From the NCBI GenBank assembly GCA_963735925.1, contig CAVTMT010000003.1, forward strand, positions 1,767,463 through 1,831,462: a DNA stretch of 64,000 nucleotides, read 5' to 3'. Shown here piece after piece: positions 55,532 to 64,000 of the stretch. The notes beneath the pieces are model-generated. The model was not told the DNA's origin and ran no database searches. It saw only the letters and a program-made list of their open reading frames with translations. Within the stretch, counting starts at the first letter, position 1; each line of letters begins with the position of its first letter. The position numbers and the translations under genes are program-made. The DNA comes from an uncultured bacterium. Lineage in GTDB: Bacteria; Verrucomicrobiota; Verrucomicrobiia; Limisphaerales; J093.

Positions 55532-56767
55532 CTATTTGAGGCTCCAGAGCGTCAGCGAATCCTGGTCCCGGATGAACAAGCGACGGTCGGAGACGACGGG
55601 TTGCGCATAGGTGTCGGAGTTCGCCACCTTGTAAGCCGCCAGTTTCTTGAACTCCTTTTCGTCGGGAGCGAACACGGTCAGTTCCTGCTGTGGCGTCAGG
55701 GCCATCAGCACCGGACCCGCCGCCACGATGGACCCAAAGTCGCGTCCGCCCAGCGGCGAGGTCCAGAGCGTCTTGCCGTCCTGCGCATTCAAGCAGAAGA
55801 GCGTGCCGTTCTGCGCCAGACCGTACAGCGCGCCCCCAACCCGCACCGGCGTGTTGAACTGAACGGCGTTGTCCGGATTGCTCCAGAGCTCCCGGACCGT
55901 GAAGCCATCGCCGGTCTTCTCGATCTTGATCGCCTTGGTGCCGCGACCCGAACCGGCGCAGACGATCGTGTCGCCGTCCACGATGGGCGTGGCGGCGTTG
56001 TAGGCCCGGCCGGGGGGCGCGAACGCCGACTCCCAAAGCAGCTTGCCGTCCGCGAGACCCAGCCCGACGACCTTGTTGGCGGTCAGGGCCACTACCATCT
56101 TGGTCCCGGCGATGGTGGCCGGCACCGGGGAGGCGTAAGCGGTGCCGTCATCGGTCCATTGCCACTTGGTATCGCCGGTGGCCAGATCGTAAGCGACGAC
56201 CCCGCCCTTCTTCTCTCCGCCGAGTTGCGCGATGCACCGGCCTTCGGCAACCATCGGCGAGGAGGACGTAAAGAAGCGCGGCCAGTTGTCCTTAAAGTCA
56301 TCCTTCCGCCAGACCACCTTGCCGGTGGCGGCATCCAGGCACGACAACGTCCCGCGCACGCCGTACGTCAGCACCTTGCCGTCAAGGACGGCCGGCGAAC
56401 TCCGCGGCCCCGGATGACGCCCCATGGGTTCGGCCGCGGGCAACGCGTCGTACGAGTCGCGCCAGACTTGCTTGCCCGTCGCCGCGTCGAGACAAAGCGT
56501 GATCTCGCCCGCATCGTCCCGGGAAAAGACGTAGATTCGGTCGCCTACCAGGGCGGGCGTGGCGTCGCCTCGGCCCACGGGGACCTTCCATTTCTGGGTG
56601 AGTTCCTTCGGCCAGGTGGCGGGTGCTTCAAAACCCGCGGCTTGGTCATCCCGGTTGGGGCCGCGCCACTGGGGCCAGTCGCCGGCGACCAGTTGGGTGG
56701 CAACGGACAGCAGCAGGGCGGCCGCGGACATGGCGAGCGCGCGGGGAAACAGGGCGATTCGTTTCAT
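55532..56767 (-). CDS. PQQ-like beta-propeller repeat protein (BamB/PQQ-enzyme-repeat family), secreted
   Basis: Signal peptide, then repeated …G.V.A.DA.TGK..W… blades (LCLDAATGKQVWR; SCLDAATGKVVWR; AYDLATGDTKWQW; GLGLADGKLLWE; FCLNAQDGKTLWT). Confidence 0.8.
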   Translation of the reverse strand: MKRIALFPRALAMSAAALLLSVATQLVAGDWPQWRGPNRDDQAAGFEAPATWPKELTQKWKVPVGRGDATPALVGDRIYVFSRDDAGEITLCLDAATGKQVWRDSYDALPAAEPMGRHPGPRSSPAVLDGKVLTYGVRGTLSCLDAATGKVVWRKDDFKDNWPRFFTSSSPMVAEGRCIAQLGGEKKGGVVAYDLATGDTKWQWTDDGTAYASPVPATIAGTKMVVALTANKVVGLGLADGKLLWESAFAPPGRAYNAATPIVDGDTIVCAGSGRGTKAIKIEKTGDGFTVRELWSNPDNAVQFNTPVRVGGALYGLAQNGTLFCLNAQDGKTLWTSPLGGRDFGSIVAAGPVLMALTPQQELTVFAPDEKEFKKLAAYKVANSDTYAQPVVSDRRLFIRDQDSLTLWSLK

Positions 56768-56969
56768 GGCATCAACGAGTTGGAATTCTGATCACGGTCA
56801 TGGACCCGAGTTTCGGTGACGGTGGGAAGTATGGCACGCTTGCGGGCGCGCGTCGAGCACGCCAATGCAAACCGTTTCGAGGCAGCTACTCGAGCCGCCC
56901 CGGCTGCGGACCGGGCCGGCCGCCGCCGGCGATAGTGACCGCCCGGCGCGTGGCGGCTTGAATCCCGCC

Positions 56970-57537
56970 ATGACACCAAAGCCATTCCAGATTTCGCGAC
57001 GCTCGTTCCTCCGAGACTGCACCCTCACCGCCGCGGCCACGGGCCTGCCGCTCTGGTTCGTGGAACGTGAACTCGCCGCGGCCACGCCCGCCGCCGGGCC
57101 CTCGGGGCCGAACGACCGCCCGGGCATCGGTCTCGTCGGCCGCATCGGCAGGCTGGAACAGATCACCGTCTTCCCGCCGGCGGGGTTGCACGGTGGTCCC
57201 TTTCCCAGCCGGCCGGTCCCGTATGGGCTGAACTGAGATTACTGGCTCGGCCAAGGCTCTCCGGGTCGATTACGTGAAGGAGCGCTGTCACACGTCGTTT
57301 CGCTGTTGGCTCGCTTACTCCGGCGGCACGATGACCGACTGGGGCGCGCACCATAATGACATCGCCCGCTGGGCGCTCGGTCAGGAAGGACCGACGGCCT
57401 TCGAACCCAGGGTGCTGGTCGAGCCCATCCCCGGCGGCTACACCGCGATCAGCGAATACGAAGCGACTTTCTCCTGGACCTGCGGTGTGCCGCTTGTCGC
57501 CAGAACCACCCGGGACGACAACATTTTCGGCGCGTGA
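56970..57537 (+). pseudogene. Gfo/Idh/MocA-family oxidoreductase remnant (TAT-signal N-terminus plus an internal fragment; most of the gene deleted)
   Basis: ORF 56970..57236 has MTPKPFQISRRSFLRDCTLTAAATGLP…GIGLVG (twin-arginine signal plus the start of a Rossmann fold). ORF 57274..57537 has TDWGAHHNDIARWALG (Gfo/Idh/MocA C-domain motif). Together they give about 190 aa against roughly 400 aa for an intact member. Confidence 0.5.
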
Positions 57538-57688
57538 GCCACCCGGTCGCGATGCGGTGGTTCAGGCCCTCCGCTTCCGAGCGGATTCCCACTCGTCCAA
57601 CACGGAGAAGAAGCCCGGGGCCGCCGCGTCGTTCGGGTAGGCGTGAGGCGAAGGTCTTCGCGACCTCCGCCTCACGAGTGCCGGACAA

Positions 57689-58225
57689 TCAGGCCTTGGG
57701 AATCAACACGGTGTCGATGACGTGAATGACCCCGTTCCCAGCCGTCACGTCAGTCTTCACCACTTTGGCGTTGTCCACCGTGACGCCCGCAGCCGAGACC
57801 ACCAGTTGCAGGCTCTGCCCCTGAACGGTCTTGACGTCCATCGTCTTGACATCCGCCGCCATGACTTTACCGGCCAGGACGTGGTACTTGAGGATGGCCA
57901 CCAGCTTGTCGTGGTTCTCCGGCCTGAGCAGGTCCTCCACGATGCCGGCAGGCAGCTTGGCGAAGGCCGCATCGGTAGGGGCGAACACCGTGAACGGTCC
58001 CTGGCCCTGGAGCAAATCCACCAGACCCGCCGCCTTGACGGCCGCGACGAGGGTCTTGAAGTTGTCCGCGCCGGCGGCGACGGCGACGATGTCCTTGCCC
58101 GCCGGACAGGTGGCGGCGGTGGCGTCCTGGCCGGCGCTGCACGCACCCGCGATGAGGCCGGGGGTGAGGGTGAGGGTGAGGGCCGCGGCGAGGGCGGCCA
58201 CCGGGAGGAGACGGTTCCTTTTCAT
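57689..58225 (-). CDS. fasciclin (FAS1) domain protein, secreted/lipoprotein
   Basis: Signal peptide with a Cys ([10 protein letters not shown]). FAS1 motifs [28 protein letters not shown] and [11 protein letters not shown]. Confidence 0.85.
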   Translation of the reverse strand: MKRNRLLPVAALAAALTLTLTPGLIAGACSAGQDATAATCPAGKDIVAVAAGADNFKTLVAAVKAAGLVDLLQGQGPFTVFAPTDAAFAKLPAGIVEDLLRPENHDKLVAILKYHVLAGKVMAADVKTMDVKTVQGQSLQLVVSAAGVTVDNAKVVKTDVTAGNGVIHVIDTVLIPKA

Positions 58226-58418
58226 GCTCGAGTTCTTGGTTTCGGGTTTTCGTTTTCTCGCTTCAACTGCCGGTCGTCGGCGGCCGAACGTGTCGAACAG
58301 TTGTCTAAGAATCGTGCAACGTCAAATGCCGGTCGAAAATATTCCCGACCGTTGCCCCAGCGGCTCTTTGCCCGACATGCCTGGCGACTGCGATTTGGGG
58401 CTTGTGCGCCGGGTCCGA

Positions 58419-58436
58419 TTGTGTAGGACTTGTGTA
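58419..58436. promoter_or_regulatory. two 11-bp-phased direct repeats (TTGTGTA-N4-TTGTGTA) 5-22 nt upstream of the MerR/B12 regulator start; candidate operator
   Basis: gaTTGTGTAggacTTGTGTAagtaATG read directly. CarH-type regulators are known to bind tandem 11-bp direct repeats. Confidence 0.3.
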
Positions 58437-58440
58437 AGTA

Positions 58441-59385
58441 ATGCCTGACGCGCAATACCCCATTCAGTTGGTGGCCCGCTTCACCGGCTTGAGCGCCCAT
58501 GTCATCCGGATCTGGGAGCAGCGCTACCGCGCCGTCCAGCCGAGCCGGACCGCGGGCAATCGTCGCCTTTATTCGCCGCGCGACCTCGAACGGCTCAACC
58601 TGCTGCGGGACCTGACCCGCGCCGGCCACAGCATCGGCCAGGTCGCCCCGTTGCCGACCGACCGACTGCGCAGGCTCGTCACCGCAGCCCCCCACATTCC
58701 GGACGGCGCCGCGCGCTCGGCGACCGGGGCGTCGGCCACCGGCTCCCTTCTCGACGCGTGCGTGGCGGCCGTCAAATCGCTCGACGCCCCCGCCTTGGAC
58801 GGGGCACTCCAGCGCGGCGCGACCGCGCTGGGCTCCCTGGGATTGCTGCAACGCGTCGTCGCGCCACTGGCGCAAACCGTCGGCGACTTGTGGCGCGAGG
58901 GCACGCTCACGGCCGCCCACGAACACTTCGCCAGCGCGGCGATTCGGGTCTTTCTCGGGCAGGCGGCCAGACCGTTCGGTGCGGTGGACACGGCGCCCAT
59001 CCTGGTGGTGGCCACGCCGGCGGGGCAGGTGCATGAACTGGGCGCGCTGCTGGTCGGAGCCATGGCGGCGAACCTGGGCTGGCAGGTCACCTACCTGGGC
59101 GCGAGTCTGCCGGCCGCGGAAATTGCGGGGGCGGCGCGACAGGCGCGGGCGCGGGCCGTCGCCTTGAGTCTGGTGTATCCGGAAGACGACCCCCATACGG
59201 CAATCGAATTGACACGGCTGCGCGGGTTGCTGCCCGCGGAGATGGCGCTGCTGGTCGGCGGGCGCGCCATGCCGGCGTACCGCGAGGCGCTGGAGAAGTC
59301 CGGCGCGGTTCCCCTGGCCGACCTTGTGCAACTGGGCTCCACCCTGGACCATCTCCGCCGGCCCGCCGGCAAGGCCAGACGATGA
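58441..59385 (+). CDS. MerR-family transcriptional regulator with C-terminal cobalamin (B12)-binding domain (CarH/LitR-like)
   Basis: N-terminal MerR HTH (IQLVARFTGLSAHVIRIWEQRY…RLYSPRDLERLNLL). C-terminal Rossmann B12-binding region with ILVVATPAGQVHELGALLV (xHxxG) and …SLVYPED…. Confidence 0.8.
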   Translation: MPDAQYPIQLVARFTGLSAHVIRIWEQRYRAVQPSRTAGNRRLYSPRDLERLNLLRDLTRAGHSIGQVAPLPTDRLRRLVTAAPHIPDGAARSATGASATGSLLDACVAAVKSLDAPALDGALQRGATALGSLGLLQRVVAPLAQTVGDLWREGTLTAAHEHFASAAIRVFLGQAARPFGAVDTAPILVVATPAGQVHELGALLVGAMAANLGWQVTYLGASLPAAEIAGAARQARARAVALSLVYPEDDPHTAIELTRLRGLLPAEMALLVGGRAMPAYREALEKSGAVPLADLVQLGSTLDHLRRPAGKARR

Positions 59386-59591
59386 AACCTCGCTTTACGC
59401 GCAATCTGGACAACCGGGGCCGGCTCTTCCGCGGCCTGGGGGCGCTGGGACTGTTGGTGGGTGCGGGATTCGGCTTCTGCGAGTCCGTATGGCTGGGGGC
59501 GGGGTTGGCGGCGGCGGGGGGATTCGTGTTGTTCGAAGCTCTGCGCGGTTGGTGCGTGCTGCGCGCCTGCGGCATCAAGACCCGGCTCTGA
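59382..59591 (+). CDS. DUF2892 (YgaP-like) small membrane protein
   Basis: NLDNRGRLFRGLGALGLLVGAG…LFEALRGWCVLRACGIKTR fits the DUF2892 pattern (..DR..R…G…GW CP …G). Its ATG overlaps the regulator stop (ATGA at 59382-59385). Confidence 0.6.
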   Translation: MKPRFTRNLDNRGRLFRGLGALGLLVGAGFGFCESVWLGAGLAAAGGFVLFEALRGWCVLRACGIKTRL

Positions 59592-59603
59592 GCCATCTCC
59601 CCG

Positions 59604-60110
59604 ATGCGCGAATTCACATTCCAGACCGAGCTTTGGCTGCCCCGCCCCCGCGGCGACGTGTTCCCCTTCTTTGCCGAAGCGCGGAACCTCGAGACGATCA
59701 CGCCCCCCTGGTTGAATTTTGAGGTATTGACGCCCGCGCCCATTGCCCTACGCCCCGGGGCGCTCATTGACTACCGGATCCGGGTCCACGGATGGCCGCT
59801 CCGCTGGCGCACGGAAATCACCGCGTGGGAACCGCCCCATCGCTTCGTTGACGTCCAGCTTCGCGGCCCCTACACGCTGTGGCATCACGCGCACACCTTC
59901 GAGGACCGCGACGGCGGCACCCTCTGCCGGGACGACGTGCGCTATCGCCCGCGCGGTGGGGCGTTGGTCCACTGGCTCTTTGTGCGGCGCGACGTCCAAC
60001 GCATATTCGCCTATCGACAGCGGCGGCTGAGGGAGCTTTTCGGCCCCACGCCAAACGGGCGTCGCGCGCCTCCCGGAGCGGAATCTGCGGATCCCAGGAG
60101 CCGCCCTTGA
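59604..60110 (+). CDS. SRPBCC-family protein (polyketide cyclase/dehydrase / START-like ligand-binding fold)
   Basis: MREFTFQTELWLPRPRGDVFPFFAEARNLETITPPW…YRIRVHGWPLRWRTEITAWEPPHRFVDVQLRGPYTLWHHAHTFE is the typical SRPBCC pattern. Confidence 0.7.
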   Translation: MREFTFQTELWLPRPRGDVFPFFAEARNLETITPPWLNFEVLTPAPIALRPGALIDYRIRVHGWPLRWRTEITAWEPPHRFVDVQLRGPYTLWHHAHTFEDRDGGTLCRDDVRYRPRGGALVHWLFVRRDVQRIFAYRQRRLRELFGPTPNGRRAPPGAESADPRSRP

Positions 60111-60173
60111 GGGTGGCGTCGGGGCTGAATCGCGCGGGCTTCCGGGCGCTCGCAGCCGCGCCGGCATCCCCGG

Positions 60174-60884
60174 TCAGCCGGCGAAATACCCCAGCTCGCG
60201 CAACGACGCGAAGTCCTTGTCGCGGGCCTGCGTCCGGCGTCCCAGGATGACGTGGTCGAGCACGTCGATGCGGAGCAACTGCCCGGCGCGGATCAGATCG
60301 CGGGTGACCTTGATGTCGGCCTCACTGGGCGTGGGATCGCCCGAGGGGTGGTTGTGGACGAGCACGATAGCGGCGGCGTTCGCGGCGATGGCGGCTTTGA
60401 ACACCTCCCGGGGGTGGACCAGGATCGAGTCAAGTGTGCCTTGGGAAACCGGCTCCACGCGGATCAAGCGCCGGCGGGTGTTGAGCAGGATCACACGGAA
60501 CTGTTCCACCTCGTGGAAGCGGCAGTCTTCCCGCAGGTAGTTCGCCACCTGCTCGGGGGTTTCCATGGGGGGCGATTCGCCGTGGATTTCGCGGGCCATG
60601 CGCTGGGCGAGGGTGAAGGCGGCCTTGAGCATGACCGCCTTGTCCGGGCCCAGGCCCCGCACGGCGCCCAGTTCTTCCGGCTTGGCCCGGGCCAGCGCGT
60701 CGATGCTGCCGTATTGCTTCAACAACTGCCGCGCGGCGTCGAGCGCCGAGACGCCCCGGGTGCCGCTGCGCAGGAGAATGGCGATCAACTCGTCGGTCCC
60801 GAGCGCGTCGGCGCCTTTGGCCAGCAAGCGCTCGCGGGGACGATCACCGGGCGGCAGGTCCTTGATCCGAACCGTCTCGGGCAT
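60174..60884 (-). CDS. radC: RadC-family JAB/MPN-domain protein (UPF0758)
   Basis: N-terminal HhH (LLAKGADALGTDELIAILLRSGTRGVSALDAARQLL) and JAMM motif HNHPSGDPTPSEAD. The start MPETVRIK… is confirmed at 60884. The upstream 243 codons of ORF 60174..61613 are treated as non-coding. Confidence 0.88.
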   Translation of the reverse strand: MPETVRIKDLPPGDRPRERLLAKGADALGTDELIAILLRSGTRGVSALDAARQLLKQYGSIDALARAKPEELGAVRGLGPDKAVMLKAAFTLAQRMAREIHGESPPMETPEQVANYLREDCRFHEVEQFRVILLNTRRRLIRVEPVSQGTLDSILVHPREVFKAAIAANAAAIVLVHNHPSGDPTPSEADIKVTRDLIRAGQLLRIDVLDHVILGRRTQARDKDFASLRELGYFAG

Positions 60885-60996
60885 GCGGCGAGAATGCCGC
60901 AAACGGCCGCCGGATTCAAACCGAAAGACCGGCCGGGCGCCGGAGCGCGAGCGCCGGGGATTGCCGCGCGCGGTCGCGCCGCCTACCTTTCGCGCC

Positions 60997-63678
60997 ATGC
61001 ACAACTCCTCGAAGTTGCCCCGCTGGGCGACGCTGTTGACGATGGTCGCGTGGCTCGCCCTTGCGGCGCGCGGGGACAAAGCAGTGGCTGCAACCAGCCT
61101 CGGACGGCTGACCTCGCGGGCCCCGACCGACTCGCCTGAACACCGCAAGTACGCACCGGTCCGCGAGGTGGACATCCGGCACATTGCCATCGACCTCACC
61201 CCGGATTTCAAGGCCCGCAGCCTCGCGGCCACGACGGAGGTGAAGTTCAAGCCGCTCGCCGATGGACTGCGCGAATTGAAGCTCGACGCGGTGGCGCTCC
61301 GCGTCGTCTCGGTCACCGGCACCGAACCCATCCAGGCCTGGCAGAACACGGACGACCGGATCATTGTGACCTTCGCGCAAGCGCTCCCGGTGGACCGCGA
61401 GACCGCCGTCACCGTGCAGTACACGGCCGAGCCCACCGCCGGCCTGTACTTCCGCACGCCGGAGATGGGGTATCGCGACGGCGACACCCACCTGTTCACG
61501 CAGGGCGAGTCGATCACCGCACGAAACTGGTTTCCGTGCTTCGACGCGCCGAACGACAAGTTCACTTCCGAAGTCACCTGCCACGTTCCCGAGGGCATGA
61601 CGGCCATCGCCAACGGCAGACTTGCTTCCGAGTCCCAGGATGTGGCCAGCGGCCTGGTCGCCTTTCGCTGGGTCCAGGAACAGCCGCACAGCAGTTACCT
61701 GATCGCGCTGGCGGCGGGCTATTTCCGGAAGCTGGAGGACGCTTACCGGGGCATTCCGCTGACATTCTACACGCCGCCGTCGGAGTTCGCGCACGCGCAG
61801 AGTTCGTTCGCGGGCACCAAGGACATGCTGGCGTACTTCGAGGAGGAGACGGGCACGCCTTACCCGTGGGCCAAGTACGCCCAGGTCTGCGTGAACGATT
61901 TCGTGGCCGGCGGCATGGAAAACACGTCGCTCACCATCCTTACGGACAACACCCTGTTTCCGCCCGAGACGCAGAACCTGCGCAGCAGTGAAGGCCTGGT
62001 GTCGCACGAACTGGCGCACCAGTGGTTCGGCGACCTGGTCACCTGCAAGGATTGGACGCACCTTTGGCTGAACGAAGGTTTTGCCAGTTACTACGAGGCG
62101 CTTTACGACGGCCACCGGCATGGGCGCGACGCGTTCCTCTACAATTTGTGGCACAAAGCCCGGAACGTGCTCGATCAGGCCAACGACATCCGGCCCATCG
62201 CCTGGCGCGGATTCGACCAGCCCGACGAGCAGTTCAGCTATCTTGCCTATCCGAAAGGCGCCTGGGTCCTGCACATGCTCCGCTGCCAGCTCGGCGAAGC
62301 GCTGTACCGCCGCTGCATCCAGACCTACCTCGCGCGCCACGCCTACGGCAACGTGGTGACCGATGATCTGAACGCGGTCGTCTCGGAGCTCTCCGGCCGC
62401 TCGTTCGACCAGTTCTTCGACCAGTGGGTGTACCACGCGCACCACCCCGAGTTGGAGGTCGGCTACTCCTGGGACGAGCAAACCCGGCTGGCGAAACTCA
62501 ACGTCAAGCAGGTCCAATTGCTCAGCGAAAACGTCCTGCTCTTCAACTTCCCGCTGCCCGTTCGCTTCAAGACCAAGGCCGGCCTCGTGGACCGCACCTT
62601 GACCGTGAAGGCCAAGGACGAGGACTTCTACGTCGCGTTGCCCGCGGCGCCGGAAACCGTGCGGATCGACCCGGACCTGACCGTGCTGGCGAAGATCCGG
62701 TTCTCGCCGCCGCAGGACCTGCTCCTCGCGCAACTCGCGGACGCGACCGACATGCCCGGCCGCCTGCTCGCCGTGGAGGCGCTGAGCGGTCGCCAAGACA
62801 ACGAGTCCATCGCGAAGCTCAAGCAGGTTCTGAACCGGGACGCGTTTTACGGCGTACGGATCGAAGCCGCGAAGGCGCTCCGCGCCAGCCACACCGACGA
62901 AGCCCTCGACGCACTGCTGGCTTCAACCAACCAGCCCGACGCCCGCGTTCGCCAGCAAGTCTGCGCCGACGTGGCCGGCTTCTACCGAGCAACCGCGCTG
63001 GAGACCGCGCGCGCCACGCTCGCCTCGGAGAGAAACCCGGACGTGCTGGTCGAAGCGATTCGGGCGTTGGGGCCGTACGGCTCCGCCGACACCCGCGAAA
63101 CGTTGCTCCGCTTCCTCGCGACCGATTCGTTCCGCAATGTGCTCGCCGATGCCGCCATCGGGGCGATGCGCGCCCAGGACGATCCGGTCTTCATCCAGCC
63201 GTTGCTGGCGGCGCTGCAGGAGCGGGAGACCGCGTTCACCAGCGGCGACTTTGGCCAGGCCCTCGGCGCCCTCGCCTACCTGGCGCGAAACGAGGAGAAG
63301 AAGGAAACGGTGCGCGAATTCCTGGTGCGCCAGACCGGTTCGCCCCGGCGGCGCGTCCAGCGGGCGGCCATCGCCGCGCTCGGGAGCTTGGGCGATCCAA
63401 AGGCCATCGCCGTCCTCCGGACTTTCGCCAGCGCGGCCAAGGACAGCCCGGAACGCAAGGCCGCCGAGAAGGCGATCGCCGATCTTCGCGCCGACAGGAA
63501 GCCGTCCGACGACCTGCGCGATTTGCGTGACGAGGTCGCCGGACTTCAAAGGGAAAACCGCGAACTTCGCCGGAGCGTGGACGACTTGAAGAAGCAGTTC
63601 ACGGCGGTGACGGTGAACTCCAGCCCGGAGAAAGCGGCCAAAACGAAGAAGCGGGCGAAGAAGAGCCGGAAGCACTGA
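60997..63678 (+). CDS. M1-family aminopeptidase N-like protein with C-terminal HEAT repeats and Lys-rich tail (893 aa)
   Basis: GGMENT exopeptidase motif and HELAHQWFGDLVTCKDWTHLWLNEGFASY (HExxH-x18-E), with a signal/anchor (WATLLTMVAWLALAA). The C-terminal HEAT-like repeats end …KAAKTKKRAKKSRKH. The ATG at 60997 was confirmed. Confidence 0.9.
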   Translation: MHNSSKLPRWATLLTMVAWLALAARGDKAVAATSLGRLTSRAPTDSPEHRKYAPVREVDIRHIAIDLTPDFKARSLAATTEVKFKPLADGLRELKLDAVALRVVSVTGTEPIQAWQNTDDRIIVTFAQALPVDRETAVTVQYTAEPTAGLYFRTPEMGYRDGDTHLFTQGESITARNWFPCFDAPNDKFTSEVTCHVPEGMTAIANGRLASESQDVASGLVAFRWVQEQPHSSYLIALAAGYFRKLEDAYRGIPLTFYTPPSEFAHAQSSFAGTKDMLAYFEEETGTPYPWAKYAQVCVNDFVAGGMENTSLTILTDNTLFPPETQNLRSSEGLVSHELAHQWFGDLVTCKDWTHLWLNEGFASYYEALYDGHRHGRDAFLYNLWHKARNVLDQANDIRPIAWRGFDQPDEQFSYLAYPKGAWVLHMLRCQLGEALYRRCIQTYLARHAYGNVVTDDLNAVVSELSGRSFDQFFDQWVYHAHHPELEVGYSWDEQTRLAKLNVKQVQLLSENVLLFNFPLPVRFKTKAGLVDRTLTVKAKDEDFYVALPAAPETVRIDPDLTVLAKIRFSPPQDLLLAQLADATDMPGRLLAVEALSGRQDNESIAKLKQVLNRDAFYGVRIEAAKALRASHTDEALDALLASTNQPDARVRQQVCADVAGFYRATALETARATLASERNPDVLVEAIRALGPYGSADTRETLLRFLATDSFRNVLADAAIGAMRAQDDPVFIQPLLAALQERETAFTSGDFGQALGALAYLARNEEKKETVREFLVRQTGSPRRRVQRAAIAALGSLGDPKAIAVLRTFASAAKDSPERKAAEKAIADLRADRKPSDDLRDLRDEVAGLQRENRELRRSVDDLKKQFTAVTVNSSPEKAAKTKKRAKKSRKH

Positions 63679-63786
63679 CGGCGCCGCCGCCCCACTGGAC
63701 CGCCGGCGTTGGGGCTGGCGCCGCGACTCCGCCTGTGGTTGTCGCATCGGCCTGGTCGCAGCCGGGGCGAATGGGGCCAGCTTCAG

Positions 63787-64000
63787 CCGCGCGGCCAGAA
63801 GCGCATCCAGCTTGGGAGCGGCATTTGCGCCAGCAGGCTGCGCAGCAGGGACTCGACTCTTCCGGCCTGCGGTTCTTCGAGCTTCCCCGCCAGGCCGAGG
63901 GTCAAGGCCATGACCGCCGAAACCAACAGGAAGAAGAGGCTGTAACGATTGAGTTCGAAGCCGCCCAGGGCAAGGCGCCGCCGGCCAAACGCGTCGATGA
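63787..64000 (-). CDS. possible 3' end of a minus-strand CDS entering from beyond the window (…FELNRYSLFFLLVSAVMALTLGLAGKLEE…WMRFWPRG*)
   Basis: The minus-strand frame is open from the window edge to a TGA at about 63787 and contains a TM-like stretch. Only about 71 codons are visible. Confidence 0.25.

Noticed and set aside
60916-63747. Minus-strand ORFs 60916..62892 (658 aa) and 62923..63747 (274 aa)
   Set aside because: They are antisense to the M1 aminopeptidase (GGMEN/HELAH motifs on the plus strand).

Overview
This is a 64 kb, high-GC (about 65-70 %) chromosomal window. By eye it carries about 55 protein-coding genes, two tRNAs, no CRISPR array and no recognisable transposase or integrase. 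Gene content points to a member of the PVC superphylum (Verrucomicrobiota- or Planctomycetota-like): there are three DUF1559 'H-X9-DG' pseudopilin-like proteins with a prepilin-type N-terminal methylation motif, a fourth DUF1559 domain fused to an anti-sigma factor, a PEP-CTERM protein, and Shine-Dalgarno-poor gene starts. Many long ORFs in the track are antisense GC artefacts of these genes and are not called.

Gene order, start to end:
- 1-15.6 kb: an accessory secretome locus. It holds a PEP-CTERM protein, two tandem NAGPA-like phosphodiester glycosidases, a CotH-family atypical kinase, two pilin-like DUF1559 proteins, a third multidomain phosphodiester glycosidase, a convergent 1309-aa LamG/Ig-like giant protein and a DPM1-like GT2 glycosyltransferase.
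- 15.6-29.8 kb: a frameshifted URO-D/MtaA-family gene, an isochorismatase, an aminotransferase, tRNA-Gln, a BNR/sialidase-like protein, valS, an ECF sigma / anti-sigma(DUF1559) / third-gene operon with ATGA start-stop overlaps, an MsbA-like ABC exporter, uppS and purA.
- 30.3-36.2 kb: an NfeD-flotillin pair flanked by three PLDc_N mini-proteins, a NifS/IscS-like cysteine desulfurase and an alginate-export-type outer-membrane barrel.
- 36.2-44.7 kb: one minus-strand operon. In transcription order it is thioesterase, iorA, iorB, paaK-like ligase, ACT protein, a 56-aa membrane peptide, and two tandem SSS transporters that both carry a conserved ~130-aa hydrophilic insertion.
- 44.9-64 kb: tRNA-Pro, a coiled-coil and a low-complexity secreted pair, DUF1559, Dabb, HEAT, GGT, an M48 peptidase, a class II aldolase/epimerase, a TAT-exported FAD oxidoreductase, an isoaspartyl peptidase, a PQQ-propeller, a Gfo/Idh/MocA gene remnant, a fasciclin, a CarH-like MerR/B12 regulator with a DUF2892 peptide and an SRPBCC protein, RadC and aminopeptidase N.

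The strongest novelty candidates are:
- the NAGPA x3 / CotH / LamG secretome locus, including a shared ~60-aa C-terminal module on two convergent secreted proteins;
- the anti-sigma factor whose extracytoplasmic domain is a DUF1559 pseudopilin-like domain;
- the duplicated SSS transporters with an inserted domain inside an indolepyruvate-oxidoreductase operon;
- the flotillin module bracketed by PLDc_N peptides;
- an orphan terminator-like hairpin upstream of purA.
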